From the NCBI RefSeq assembly GCF_006345805.1, contig NC_043004.1:27714001-27778000 (forward strand): a DNA stretch of 64,000 nucleotides. Direction: 5' to 3'. A program made the translations under genes and the position numbers. The DNA is from Octopus sinensis (taxonomy: Eukaryota). Below the pieces are notes generated by a model that saw only the letters and a list, made by a program, of their open reading frames with translations, searched no databases and was not told where the DNA came from. Shown one piece after another: positions 13,601-27,397 of this stretch. The first letter of the stretch is position 1, and each line of letters starts with the position of its first letter.

Positions 13601-16600
13601 GCAAGTGTCTTCTGCTATAGCCTCAGGCTGACCAAAGCCTTGGGAGTGGATTTAGTTGATGGAAACTGAAAGAAGCCCATCGTATAATGTGTGTGTGTGT
13701 GTGTGTGTGTATGTTTGTCCCCCCACCATCGCTTGACAACCGATGCTGGTGTGTTAATGTCCCCATAACTTTGCGGTTCGGCGAAAGAGACCAATAGAAT
13801 AAGTACTAGGCTTACAAAGAATAAGTCCTGGGGGTCGACTTGCTCGACTAAAAGGCAGTGTTCCAGCATGGCCACAGTCAAATGACTGGAGCAAGGAAAA
13901 GAGAGATATTACCTCTCATCAACATTGTTCTGGTTTCTCCTTTCTTTTCTATGGATATTTTACTAAGAAGCACTTCAATGAAATATGAAGATCAAAACAA
14001 ACTATTCATGCTTCCTAAATATATCTTTAGTTAAAAAAAAATTATTTAAAATTTAGTTTGTTTGTGTATCAACTTAATATTGAATTTTTTTTATATTGGT
14101 TTCTTTTGCTAAATTTAACAGACTTAAAATCTACCTTAAAACTATTGTGGTTTAAAATTTAGGTCAAACAGTGATTTGGTAAAAGGAAATTAAGATATTC
14201 CATTTGAATGTTACTATTGGATTCTGAAAACAAATGGACTGTATTGATCTAATGCATTTTATTAATTTCTGTTTTTAGTTTTTTATATTTCACTTCTCTT
14301 TGTTTCATTAGCAAGAAATGAAATTTTTGTTTTAATAAAACAGACATTCACTGCCATTTCTTTTTCCTTTTTTCACCAAATCTAATGGTCATTTTAAATT
14401 CGTTCCTAAGGTATTTTTCACTCTCTAGGTTGGCTCTGTATCTGCATCTAGAACCTCTCCAGGGTACTTGCTGGGGCAAAGTTTCTGTGGAAGGCCAACA
14501 GTTGCATGTTCTGCATATCTTCCTTCTTCAAACAACCACTGTTGTCAAAGGGAAAGGCAAGGACCATCACAACTTAGCGTCGGTGTTGTTGGTGAACTCA
14601 GAATGTAAAACAGCTGGAACAACCACCACAATGCAGTTTGTCAAAGAATCTAATGATTCTGTCAATACCCTGAATTAAGTATATTATAAATAATATTCTT
14701 CAAATAATTAATAATTATAATTATTCAAATAATTATTAATTATATTCTTCAGTTGGATGGCTGCCTTTCACTCTACTACTGCTCTTGATCAATACCAGTG
14801 TATGTGGATTCTCTTTGAAACCATGCTGTTTCATCAGCTTGTTACATCTCCTTTTAAATAATGCATGTAAATTATCTCTTGTTGATTAGTTAAGGAATTC
14901 CAAGATTTTTGTGTTGACCTTGTACAGCTGTTCTTTTGATGCTGTGGAGATCTGAACCCTGAGGTGTGGTCTCCAAATAATGTTACCATATTCAGAGTAA
15001 CTTAGAGAGAATACTGGAGACTGGGTCTTTGTTTGTGAACAACTTTAAATTTCATTTGTGAATCAATGTGAATCACTAAATTTATTCTATGGGGGAATCC
15101 AAAGTATGAGCACCTGACAAAGACACTGATTCCTTTGACATGAATGCATGCATGTTGCAAGGTAATATGCTTGCCCCATTTCTTTAACATTTCTGTTGAC
15201 AAACTTAGAGAACTCAGCTTTACTCTAATAAAATCCATCTCTCCTTGTCATCCAGCTGCAACAATAACAAATTCTGTTGATATTACTGTGTTAGCATGAT
15301 ATATAATCTCATGATTTACCACCTTTCTACATGACCTTGAGCAAGTGTCAACTACTATAGCCCAGGGTCAACCAAAGTGTTGTGGGTAGATTTTGTAGAT
15401 AGAAATTGAAAGAAGCTCACGATGCGTATATGTTTGCATGCATGTAGTGGTGGTATGTTTTTATGCATATATGTATGCATGTGTGTGTGTGAGTGTATGT
15501 GTATCTTTGTATGTATGCATATATATCTATATATATTTATATACATATGTAGGTGAAATAAAGATCAGAGATACTTTGCTCATGCAGAAACTGCAGGAGC
15601 TACTCAGAGGTTTTGCAAGCTGTTCTAACTCCTTTGCAATGCTGGAAACCTTTCCATTTCATCAGTAAACGTCTCAACATCACAAGCAGGTTTCAACCCT
15701 TAGCCTGTACTTCACCTAACAGGGTCAGTGAGAACTGAGCTAGACTTCACCTATGGAAGGGTTCTACTTGCAATCTCTTATCAACTATAGCCATCTTGAG
15801 CTAGTTCCATCTGCTGTGCCTATTTTCTTGATGGCTTTCTTTGGTTTTCTGGCTTCTGGGCCTCCCTTCTATTCTGAAGGAAATAGTTCACTATTCCAGA
15901 TGCAAAATAATGACAGCCAACTTCAGTTGTGAATGAGACCACATGGCAGCCCTTGATCAGAGCCTTGTTGACTAATTCCTGAGATTTCGATTTACTTATC
16001 TGGTGAGAAATATTGAGTCTACCCTCCCTGGGTGCTGTGAGTTCAACTGCAATGATTGTTTTTGTATTCTTTGAGAGTAGGAACATGTCTGTTTGAAGTG
16101 ATGCTACCAAAATCTCTTCTGGGAATTCAAGTTTACCCCTTGCATCACCCCGCCTGAGGTTGACTACAAAACAGAAAATGGTCCCCTACACTTTTTCTTT
16201 GGGAGCTTGTCACTTTCATTTAGAAATTTGGTACCCTTTGATGTGGTAACTAGTGTTTATTAGCTGCCACCCTTTGCAGATCAGTCCACTTGACAATTTC
16301 TGCTAGAACCTTGTCATGTCTCCACTTGTATTGGCCTTCTCCCAGTGCCCTATGGAATCCAGTCAAAATGGGGTTCAGGGTGCAGAGTTGCCCTGCACTC
16401 TGCACTCATATTCTAAGGTTGTTTCAGGTTGCCAAGAGGTCAGTGACTACAAAGAAGGAAGCATGGACAATCTTCTCAGATCAGTGCTCCAGAGTTCCTT
16501 TCAGGACAGTGGATGTTGAAGTGCCTGGACCCACTGTATCCATTGACCCTGATGGCCAAACCTTACTGTCTTCAGCTGGCAATCCTCCTCAGTTGAATCA

Positions 16601-19600
16601 CAGATCCTTTGCATTATAAGTTCTCTCCTACCTCTGGTATTTTCCACCTCTTGGTGCTATAATTGCCAAGTTGTCGCCATCATTGACCCACAACTCCAAC
16701 AATCTCTTGGTGTTTCCAGTATGTCTCTACTTCCTTCACAGTTTCCTGAGCTTTCCATTTTCTGCCACACTTTATGGTCAGGTTTACGTGTTTGACTTTC
16801 TTATCCCCAGACAGAAACAATGTGGTGATTGTTTTTTGCCTTTGTAGCTTTGATTTTCCCCACCACTGATGAAATTGGTAGGTGGAGCCTTGTACAGATT
16901 GACTGAGTTGGAATTTGTGGGAACATCCAGCCATCTTTGCATGAACTTCCTTCACAACCTTTCCATTGTCTCAACCCAAGTTATAGAGAAGTCCTAAAGC
17001 AAAAATGGCTGCTGCAGTATGGGTGTGATACCATATTGGAAGCATGACACTTTGAACCTTCCAAGTAACTGACTTTTATCAACTGCCCTCAGCCAGGTGC
17101 CTAGTATGGTTTTGGTGTCTTCAGCATTGCTAATATCCTTAAGAGTATGATCATAACTTTTTCCAAGGCAACAGACACCTATTTTTCTTGAATTGTCGGT
17201 ATCCTTGGGCCCTGAATTCTGGTGTCATTTGTTAGCTTTCTTTTAAGGATATACAGGCTCTGAGATTTTGCTTGAGGTATGAAAGGTGAATATATATTCA
17301 TTTAATGACATCCTTAGGATTACAGCCTTTTCATGTAGTATTAATTTCAGTGTGGAAGTTATGCTTACATGTTTGCATTAATGTGTATGCTTGGTATTAA
17401 GCAATACAATTTTATATTCACAAATTGATGGAATTAAAAAAAAGCTAGCTCATGAGATCACCAGATTGTAGTGATTACACCAATGATCAACTAAGTGTGT
17501 GTGTGTGTGTTTGTATGTGTCCAACTGTCTCTTTGCTTTGACATTGGGCAGCAATTGTAAGCTAGTGTCACTGTCATGCAAGAGGTGTTTTTTGTTTCCA
17601 GTCTCCCATATAATCACAATTGGGCATTGTGAAATATTACCTTACTTAGAAACAGATGAGGGTTGGTGATGAGAATTGCATCCAGTTATACGAAATCTGT
17701 CTGATCCATGCAAATCTGGAAAAGCAGATGTTCCATATGTATTACGTGGTTGATAATATTTTCAACCAAGACGTTACCACCCAGTCACCCTACAATGGTC
17801 CATATCAAGTCATACATCTGGGAGATAAAACATTCCAACTCCTAATTTGCAGACGACAAGACACAGTCTCCATCGATAGAATGAAACCAGCCCATCTCGA
17901 TACTGACAGCCCTGTTCAAGTAGCCCTGCCACCAAACAGGGAGCATCCTTGACAGATCACACCAATCCTTGACGAGGAACAGTCACCAAAGAATCAAGTA
18001 ACCACACGCATGGGCAGGACAATTAAAATGCCTTCCTATTTCCAATCACAGTCAACAGTTCTGGTGGGGGAGCTATGTAGGGCAGGATTTGTGACAGACG
18101 AACTGTAGACAGGAACTTCACTGTGGACAAGCTAGGAAGTTGGTCAGCAGCAAAAGGGACTTCCGGTAGGAGAAAAAAAAACCCCAAAAGAACGTCAACA
18201 GTGTGTGTTAAATGAATCTGAATGAACTAAACAGAAATAACTGGTGACTTTAGCCCTGATGTACATAAAGTAATAAACCTTTGATAAATGTTTTCTCATC
18301 TCCACTAGCTTGTTTGTGTATAGCTTAACAAAGCTATAATCCTATATTTTAGCTGATAATTATACACACTATCTAAAGTCTCAATTTAACTGTCTTTCAC
18401 CAAGACATCTTTAGTTCAAAATCAACATTGCTGTCTCATTTTTGTTTTGTTTTGTTAGTTGAGATGAAAGGACGGTGAATACAGCCTGTTTTTTTTTTGT
18501 TTTTTTTTTGGTTTTTTTTGTTTTATTCTCTAGTTACTTCAGAATGGCATTGATCAATACTTTGGTGGGTTTTACACATATGGTTACAAATGTCAGAATT
18601 AAACACAGTTAGTTAAGAAGAACATTAAATCTTTGTGCAATTTGAGAAGTGAATTTGCTTGATATGTAGGATAATAGTCAGAAATTAATAGTCTTCGCTT
18701 AGCTGCAAACAATGAGTGCAAGAATCTGCCAAATAAGAGAGATCCAGTATTTCAGATGTAAAAAAAAACATGTGTAGTTAGTAGAAGAATTCAGTATTTT
18801 CTGATCCATCACCTACTTTGATGGTTTACTAGCTATAAATGGCTGTTCCTCTTTCTTTAGTCGTCTGATTAATGTTGGATCTCGTTGAAAATTAAAGCAA
18901 TTTCTCAAGAATCTTTAAAGATGCATAAGGCAGTTGGTATGAAGCATAAAAGTTGAAGTGTGCAAGAGAAATTACTGTATCGTTTTTGGTCAGTGATACA
19001 TATAGACATTGTTTGGTGGTGGTGGTGGTGGTGGGGCAGTTCTTGTGCAGCTGTTATTTGAAGAGTACTTATTGTCAAAGAACAGGGAAGGGGACTGGAA
19101 AGACCCTACAGAGTCGATGGAAAAGAGTTGGTTGGTAAACAATGTTGTGTGGTCAAGATATCTAATCAAAGCCCAGTATAGAAAACTAGAAATTAAAACG
19201 TTGATGCAGTATACTGCTTACTAATTTCTAGAAGTAACTTTAGGGCCTAATTGATAAGGCTTTAATTACCATTATGCATTATACATTTCTCTATCATTTT
19301 GTTGGGATTATAGAGAAGCCTAGTAACATTTTCATGTAGAGATTTATATATTTGTACACAGATCGACCTTTAATGGGTGTATTTCGTAAGTAATTAGTAA
19401 TGTGGTATAATGAGCAGTAAAACTATTTACACTGCAAATTTCAATTTTAGATATATGTTTTCTCAGAAATTAGCATGCGGCATGTTTTTGATATGAAGAA
19501 ATCGATCTTACAACATATATTTAAGGTTTATTGGTTAAGTAGAGTTAATAGATCACCAGACAAAATGCTTTACAGTATTTACTCTTTTCTCTTAATGTTT

Positions 19601-22600
19601 TAAGTTCAAATCTAAAGATAAACTTAGTTTTGGGAATAAGCTCCACCACTACTAACTTGGTCACCTAAGTAACGGAAAGTGTCTACTATTTCTAAGGATC
19701 TCCACTTCCAATAAATACGTTAGAACGGAGCTGTTAACATGGTGTTTAAGGAATTTAGCTTTGCCATTTTTCTTTATTTCTTTCAATCTCATTTCTTCTC
19801 TATTTCTAATATCATCATCTGATAATGTGGGCATCTGTATCGTATTAAACATATTTAGCATTGTGAATGTGTATGGTCTACTAATGAAGATGATGCCCTC
19901 GTGATTATAATGTTATAGTTGGATATCTGAATTTGAGTGGTGCATTATGTCCTTGAGCAAGGTATTTCACATTGCACCAGTTGATTCAGCTGAAAATGAG
20001 TCCCAACTAAGTTCTGAAGCTGCCCTCTCATTCTTCAACTGCCACTTCCTCTATGTTCCGCAGGGTGGGAAGGCAGAGAGGGTGTCTATGTCTGCTGGAA
20101 CTGCATAGGGACAGTCTGAAATAGAGAAAACATGGCACTTGTTATCAGGTTATACTCCACTTGTAAGTGACTAAGTTATGGGCAGTAGTTTTTGACTTTT
20201 AGCCTTACATATAACAGTGTTTGCTTTTGTCTTCAAATCCAGGATTCACTGTTTCTTATTTAATTAACTTGCCAATAACCTTCCCAACAGCTTGACATTT
20301 CTTTGAACATTCAGTTATTTCATGTGTGTGTGCGGATGCACGTGTGAATAGAGTTTACAACACAATGGTTTTATTGTCAAGGTCAAACCGTGACTGTCAC
20401 TTAAAAGATTTTCCTGTTGTTCTAAATTATTGTAATGTCATTTATTATTATTATACTATCAAGTCAGTGATACTCTCTCAACCAATTTTTATTACTATAA
20501 AACTACACTAATGTTTCGTTTTGGGATTTGGTTTGCAAGATTCTTTATATGAGTTCGTGTGTTGAAGCATATTCTGTTGTGTCTGGGGAGAGTCACTCTC
20601 TTTTAGTGCCTTATAGTCAAGACTATTGAAAAGGTTGCAAGACACAATGAACATTTTAGAAAATAAAAATAAGAAATAAGTGGAAATTTTACCGGTGAGT
20701 GTGTTAAATAATAAGGCACTAAAAGAGAATGACTCTCCCCAGACACAGCAGAATACCCTATCTTCAATCATTTATTTTTATTTTAAATTATTTTCTTTCT
20801 AAACTTTAATATTTAATAATACTAACAGAAACACTGCCCCCTGAGTGGTTTTCTGTTAGTCGCTAATTTATATTTACACATTTGATTCTCAAGTTGTGTA
20901 ATTATTCTAAGTTACATCTAATTTCCCTTTGTATCCTTTATTCATCAATAACTAAATGTAGAATAGGAAGCACTCAGAGACTTAAAATTTGCGAGGAAAT
21001 CAAATATTATATTAACTCATCTTAGCTGTGTAAAAGTCCTTGGTTTATCATATAGATACATATCAGATGATTTCATAATTTGCATGATGGTGAACTAGAT
21101 TGCACACCTGGGATTTTTACCAATACATGTATTGGTAAAAATCACAGGGAAAAACTTATTGTTGGTTGAAATACATGTGATTGTATAACTGTTATTTGCT
21201 CTGCATTACTTTTTGTATCAAGTACAGTACAATCTCCTGTTACAGTACATAAGGTTATTGATAGAAAATGAGATACAAGGTGGTATCAGTAAGTTCCTGG
21301 ACTAGTTACGTTTTATTAAGGAAATAACTTATTTACCAAAGTTTTGACATCTCATTTGAAATAGTTACTGGTCCCAGAAGAGGGTGTGGAAGCAATACCA
21401 TATTGTCTTTTGGTGATAAAATCGAGTGAGGAGAGCTTGGTGACAGAGTGCATTGTCATCATGAAACATCCAATTCTTCGCGCATCACAGATCTGGTTGC
21501 TTTTGCTGAATGTCCTCTCTCAAATGTTTCAAGACATTGCAGTAGAACTCGCAATCGATGCTCTGGCCCTAGGGGACAAATTCTCAATACACAACACCAT
21601 GGATGTCAAAAAGCAATGAGCATACCTTCGATTGAGCTGTGACTCTATTGTACCTTTTGAAGTGCCTGTGTCACTTGAAGCATTGCGTATGACTTATTGC
21701 CTCATCACTGTATGCTTGCTAAAGCATGCTCAATGTCTCTGTAACAGATTTCCCAAGTTTAGCACAAAATTTCATGTTGGCTTTTTGTTCCAACTTCCTT
21801 TCCATGATAAAAATCGCAGACTACAGCATACATGTGATCACAAAAACACAAATTTTGCAACTTGCAAAGTAAACACAGCTATGTCACTTAGCACACTGCC
21901 TCATGAAGCACACTGCTAGTTCTCACTGTGTGCTGCAGAAGTAGTCCAGGATATCACCTTGTGAGTTTATATTTGGTAATATTGACATAAGTAAATTAAA
22001 ACACCTTTTCATCTTCAAAAACACTTTGCAGATTTGATGCGAAATTAAACTTATAATTTGGAGAAATGTTTTTACTGATATATCTTGAAAGTAGCATCAT
22101 GATGCCTGAGAGAGAAAGAGAAAAGTTAGATCACAGCATTAAAAAACACGATATCACATTAAATTCAAATAAGAATTTTTTTAATTGAAATCTTCAATAA
22201 ATATAAGTTCATTGAGGACTATAATTTGATAAAAATATTAAAATTGGAATTTTTAAGAATTTACTAGACAGTTTAGTCTTTAATAATTGCCTTTATTTTT
22301 TAGTAAAAATTATTTCAAACTAATTAATAAGCAATGTTCTTTATTGTAGTAAAGCTGAATATCTCATTTTAGATTATCTTTTTTATTTTTTTATTTTATT
22401 TATATATTTATATATTTATTTATATATTTATATAACGCTTTGGCGTTAGGAAGGGCATCCAGCTGTAGAAACACTGCCAGATAAGACTGGAGCCTGGTGC
22501 AGCCTTCTGGCTTCCCAGATCCCCGGTCGAACCGTCCAACCCATGCTAGCATGGAGAACGGACGTTAAACGATGATGATGATGATGATGATGATTATAAT

Positions 22601-25600
22601 TTTCCAATATTTTGTTACTTTTTCAGAAAACATGTTTGTAGTTCATTGGAAAAATGTTCATCTCCACGATCAGAAGTCATCGAAAGGTGAGGATGAATTT
22701 TCATTTTGTTTTTCTTTTTAAATATACCCATGAAATATGTCACAAAGAATATAATCTTTTAGAGCGAGACAAAATTGTAACTTTAATTTATTCATGTAAA
22801 GCTTTAGTGTAATTATGACCCATATATATTTTCTTTGTCACAATATTTATCTATCACTTCAACATTTAAATTTAATTTGTCAAAATATTTTCGTTGCTTT
22901 GAGACCATGACCTGTTCACTGACAAAGCTTCGTACTGCATCTCCTGAGATGCACCTTCCACGCTGCAATTGTTTTCGTTCCAACACACGATCTCAGATCA
23001 AGTCACTTGCTATGCAAGTACATCTCTGTAATATCTAAATACTCTGTCAGAAAAGAGTCTTATTTGGTTAGTGTTTCTTACAATCACAAGTAATTTCCAT
23101 TTATGAAGAGAGGAAATAGTTCTATTGTTGCCATTAAATGAAATGTCTTACATTGTTAAAATCTTAATGGCAGTAAACCAAAAAGAGGTCTGCAAAGACT
23201 GCTCTTATAAAGAATGCATTTGTATTACCTCTGAACTTCAAAACATTTTGGATTTAAAGAAATTATTTTCATACACAGATTAGATCTGTGTATGAGCTGG
23301 TGCCATGTAAAAAGCACTCAGTCCACTATGTAGGGTGGTTGGTGTAAAAACCATGTCAAAACAGACACAAAAGCCTGGTGTCGTCTGATGCCTGGCTGGC
23401 TCCTGTCAAACTGTCCAACCCATGCCAGTATGGAAGGCAGGCATTAAACGATGATGATGATGAACTCGTGTGTGGAATTTTGTAGAGTGAGAAATTTTAC
23501 ACATCTATTAGTAATAAAGTAATATGATGTTAATTCAGGTGCTTTATAAAAATAAAAAATCTCCAGATGCTAGTGTAGTCATAGCTGTGTGCTTAAGAAG
23601 CTTACTTTGTTATCCTATAGATTTTAGTTCAATCATACAGGCCAGCACTTTGGGAAAATGTCTTTTACTATAACTCTGGGCCAACCAGTGCCCTGTGAGT
23701 GAATTTGGTAAGCAGAAACACTGTGGAAGCCTGTTGTGAATACATATGTATGTACATGCATACGAACATACAAACAAACAAATTAGGATAATATAACACA
23801 AAGATAGAGGATAACAGGCTTTAATAGTTGATCACATTTGCTTGTCACTGCACACCAACTTTAGTTGGTGTTTATATTTATATACCATTATAGAAGATTA
23901 TTTTTTATAATTACTGTATAGTTGAATGCTGCTCAGCAACAGCCATGTGTGGGTACTTCATCAAGGCAGAATATAATTGATTCCTATTGGATTTTTCTGG
24001 GTACATGTGTGTCTTTGTATATGTCCCTTCCTACTATTGCTTGACTACTGGTGTTGGTTTGTTTATGTCCTCATAACTTAGCAGTTTAGCAAAAGAGACT
24101 GATAGAATAAATACCAGATTGTAAAAAGCTATAAGTACTGGAGTCGATTTGGTTGACTACACCATTCAAGGTTGTGCCCCAGCATGGTCACAGTACACTG
24201 ACTGAGAAAGTAAGAAAAATGTTACACTTCATCTTTATTTATTGGAATTAAAATGAAGTTATTTCAACACCTTACAAATTCCAATGCATACTTAAAGAAC
24301 CATTTTCTATAGATCAGTTAGCATGGTGTAGTAATCAAGCTGAAAATAAAGGCTCCACATTATAATATTATAATATTAACTAGCTGATATGTTTAAGACA
24401 TTTAGAAGGCTAACTGTTGATGATAGTACTTAGACATTCTAAATTATGTTAGTAAATCCTCCTTTATTATGGTGTCTGCCCTTAAGAAAACTTAAGGCTC
24501 CCGTTCAGTGGCCTAAAAATGTAAGGTGTCTTTGAATAGCCTAACTGAGATGGGATGACATTTACTAACAAACATTTGGTTACCATCAATGTTCCCTAAT
24601 ATATCAATGACCTATAAACTTGTCTTCCAATCATTTCACATTTGCATGCTGATGTTAATAACTTTTAGGCAATGTCTTAAGCCAAAAATTACTTTGAAGT
24701 GACTTCAAATTGAGTGGACCCTATCACTTATGAAGTTTGATTTCATTTTATGCAAAATCTTAAAACATCTTGAAATACTATAACATTACAAAAATATATG
24801 GATCTTTTCGGTTTGACCGGCAGTTTTTTAAAATAATTTCCACATAACTAAACACTTTTAAACTTCGTATACTGGTAGAATGTGTTTATAAAACATCTTT
24901 TTCTCTTAGCTTTATTGAGAAAATTCTATAGTTTGTAAGATATTTGTTGTTTTTTTTTTCTTCAATTTCTGCAATTTCAACCAATCAATGAAAGGTGAAA
25001 ACATTCTGTGCCGTATGAATATGTCCCTCGTTTAAGAAACAGATTGGGTTTATTTACATTTCTGAAGAAAAAAAAAGATACCCTTCCTCCCCACCCCTAA
25101 CACTAACCCTAACTAACCCAAGCCCTAAAGCAGATTGAAATGCAATAGATCGATACTAGGGTCATAATTATGGGTGACAATTTCATATGACACCGCTAGA
25201 AAAAACGGCCGTTCAAACCGAAAAGATCCAAATTTACTCTTATATAACATTATTAAGTAATTAAGATGCACAACTTAAATATTCCCTCCTGATATAAATC
25301 TCTTATACAAGGAATACAGCTGAACAACTGAATAGTGTCAGAAAGTTTCTGTTTATACTGTACTGTTTATTTTCAATCAATGCATTCATATAAATGTTGT
25401 ATTACAGTTCTTGTGAGTTAACTATTTTAAGGCTTGAGTCTGTTGCTAGTGATGCAGCCATATTGAAGTTTATGAAGCATAAAATAGATAGCACAGGGCT
25501 ACATTAAATGTACTTTTTTTCTTTTGTGTTTCTAAATATATATTGTAGATTTAAATGACAAGGATTGATAAAGTGCTGACAACAGGAATTTTGTTTTCTC

Positions 25601-27358
25601 TTTACAGATGATTCCTTTAATTTCCAAGTGATTTTACTGAAAAATGGCACAATAAAATTTGTATATAAAAAGGTGATCATTCAAAGTTTGTTTGTACAGT
25701 TAAATTTTAATTTAGAATTCATTATCATAGTTTTGTGTGTTAATTAAGCCAGCAATATAGGAAGATTTTACAGTTGAAGACAACCATGGATAAGTATGGT
25801 ATATCTAAATAATAGTCTTGCTGTAAAAATTGGTTGGTGTTAAGAACCAAATTAATGAGAGAGACACAGAGAAAGCTGGAGATTTAAGACCCTTAGATTA
25901 CTTCATTTAATCACTGATAAATCAATACATCTTGGAACAAAAATGATTACAAGGCCATATTGTGAATTATTTATTTCTTTAGGGGTTAATCAGAGGAGGA
26001 GGAGGAGGTGTAGTCATAAAGGCTTCCGAATTGAATGGAGGAAATAATCCTGAGCTTGCAATTGAGTGAACTTTGCTACAGGCACATCCACTCAAGGACC
26101 AGCTGGTGGTCATGTTAAACTGGGCAACAAATTAAATTCACGACTGATATAGTCGTTAACTTGGATTTCAAATTTAAGCAGTCCTCATAGCTGTACTAAA
26201 TATATTTATAAAGAAAATCCCTTACACTGCATTGTTAGTGATAAACTTTTATTTAAGATACATGATACTGTTTTCCCTTATCGTTTTACAAGAAATCAAT
26301 TTAATTTCTACTTCCAGTTACCAATATCTCCTTATTTTATCAGTTCACAAAACCATCCTGTAAAAATAGGATTGTCCGATGCATATTACATTGACAAAAA
26401 GGGTGACAGTGGTAAGTTTACATTCATGTCAATTATCTAATATTTATTTTGCATGAGAGTCATGATAAATGGAGTGAGTTCACTGTTCTTCATCAAATGC
26501 ATCAATTAATAGATAACTTCAGAAGAATACTTCTGTCAGGCTTTGAGTATCAACTAACCGTTCATCATATACATAGTAATAGTAGTAGTTGTAGGAGGAG
26601 GAGGAAGCTACATTGTCACTATGTATCTGTGTGAAATATAGTTCTTCTGAGTGTAAATATTGTGAGCAGTGAGGTGGATGGAACTGCATAAGATGTACAG
26701 GGTGTCCACAAAGTCTGGGTACATGGGGATTAACAATACTTTAAGAAATTATTATTTCTTATGTTTAATTGTTTATGTTATGATTTTATTTACTCCATGT
26801 ACCCAGACTTTGTGGACACCCTGTATAACCTAATTCTATATAAAAATTATTTTTTACCTTTTGATCACAAACAATTTGTGTTTTAGAGCACCTTAGTTAG
26901 ATATGTACAGGTCAAACAATTCAAGAGCACAATTTTGTTTAACTTTGGTCTCATAGCATTGGTTCTGTTAGACTCCTGTATGCTGTGCCTGTTCAACATC
27001 CCAATAATGTGAACCTAGTTGCTCCTCTTGCTAGTGTTCATTTGAAGGTGTTAAAGCTAATAATGTAATAAGTTTAAAATTGAAAGTGAAATACTGCAGA
27101 AAAGGCATTGTAATGAGTCCTGAACTGAAAAAAAGTTTAGACAAACAAGACATTAGAGATTACAGGTTCTCAATCATAAACTTTACAAAACTAGAATCTA
27201 AAATTATCCTCTCTTAAAACTGTGGGCTTGTTCATGTAGCTGAGTAAGCAATACCTGTGATGTTCTGTGTAAATGTTTATAGATAACATTGTTTGCCTGT
27301 CCACTACACAGCAAAACATAAATATACAGTGGTGATGTGTGTGCGCTCACACACACAA

Positions 27359-27397
<39 letters not shown>

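Noticed and set aside
19661-19861. Minus-strand 66-codon ORF that could be an antisense exon
   Set aside because: No recognisable homology and no partner exons on that strand.
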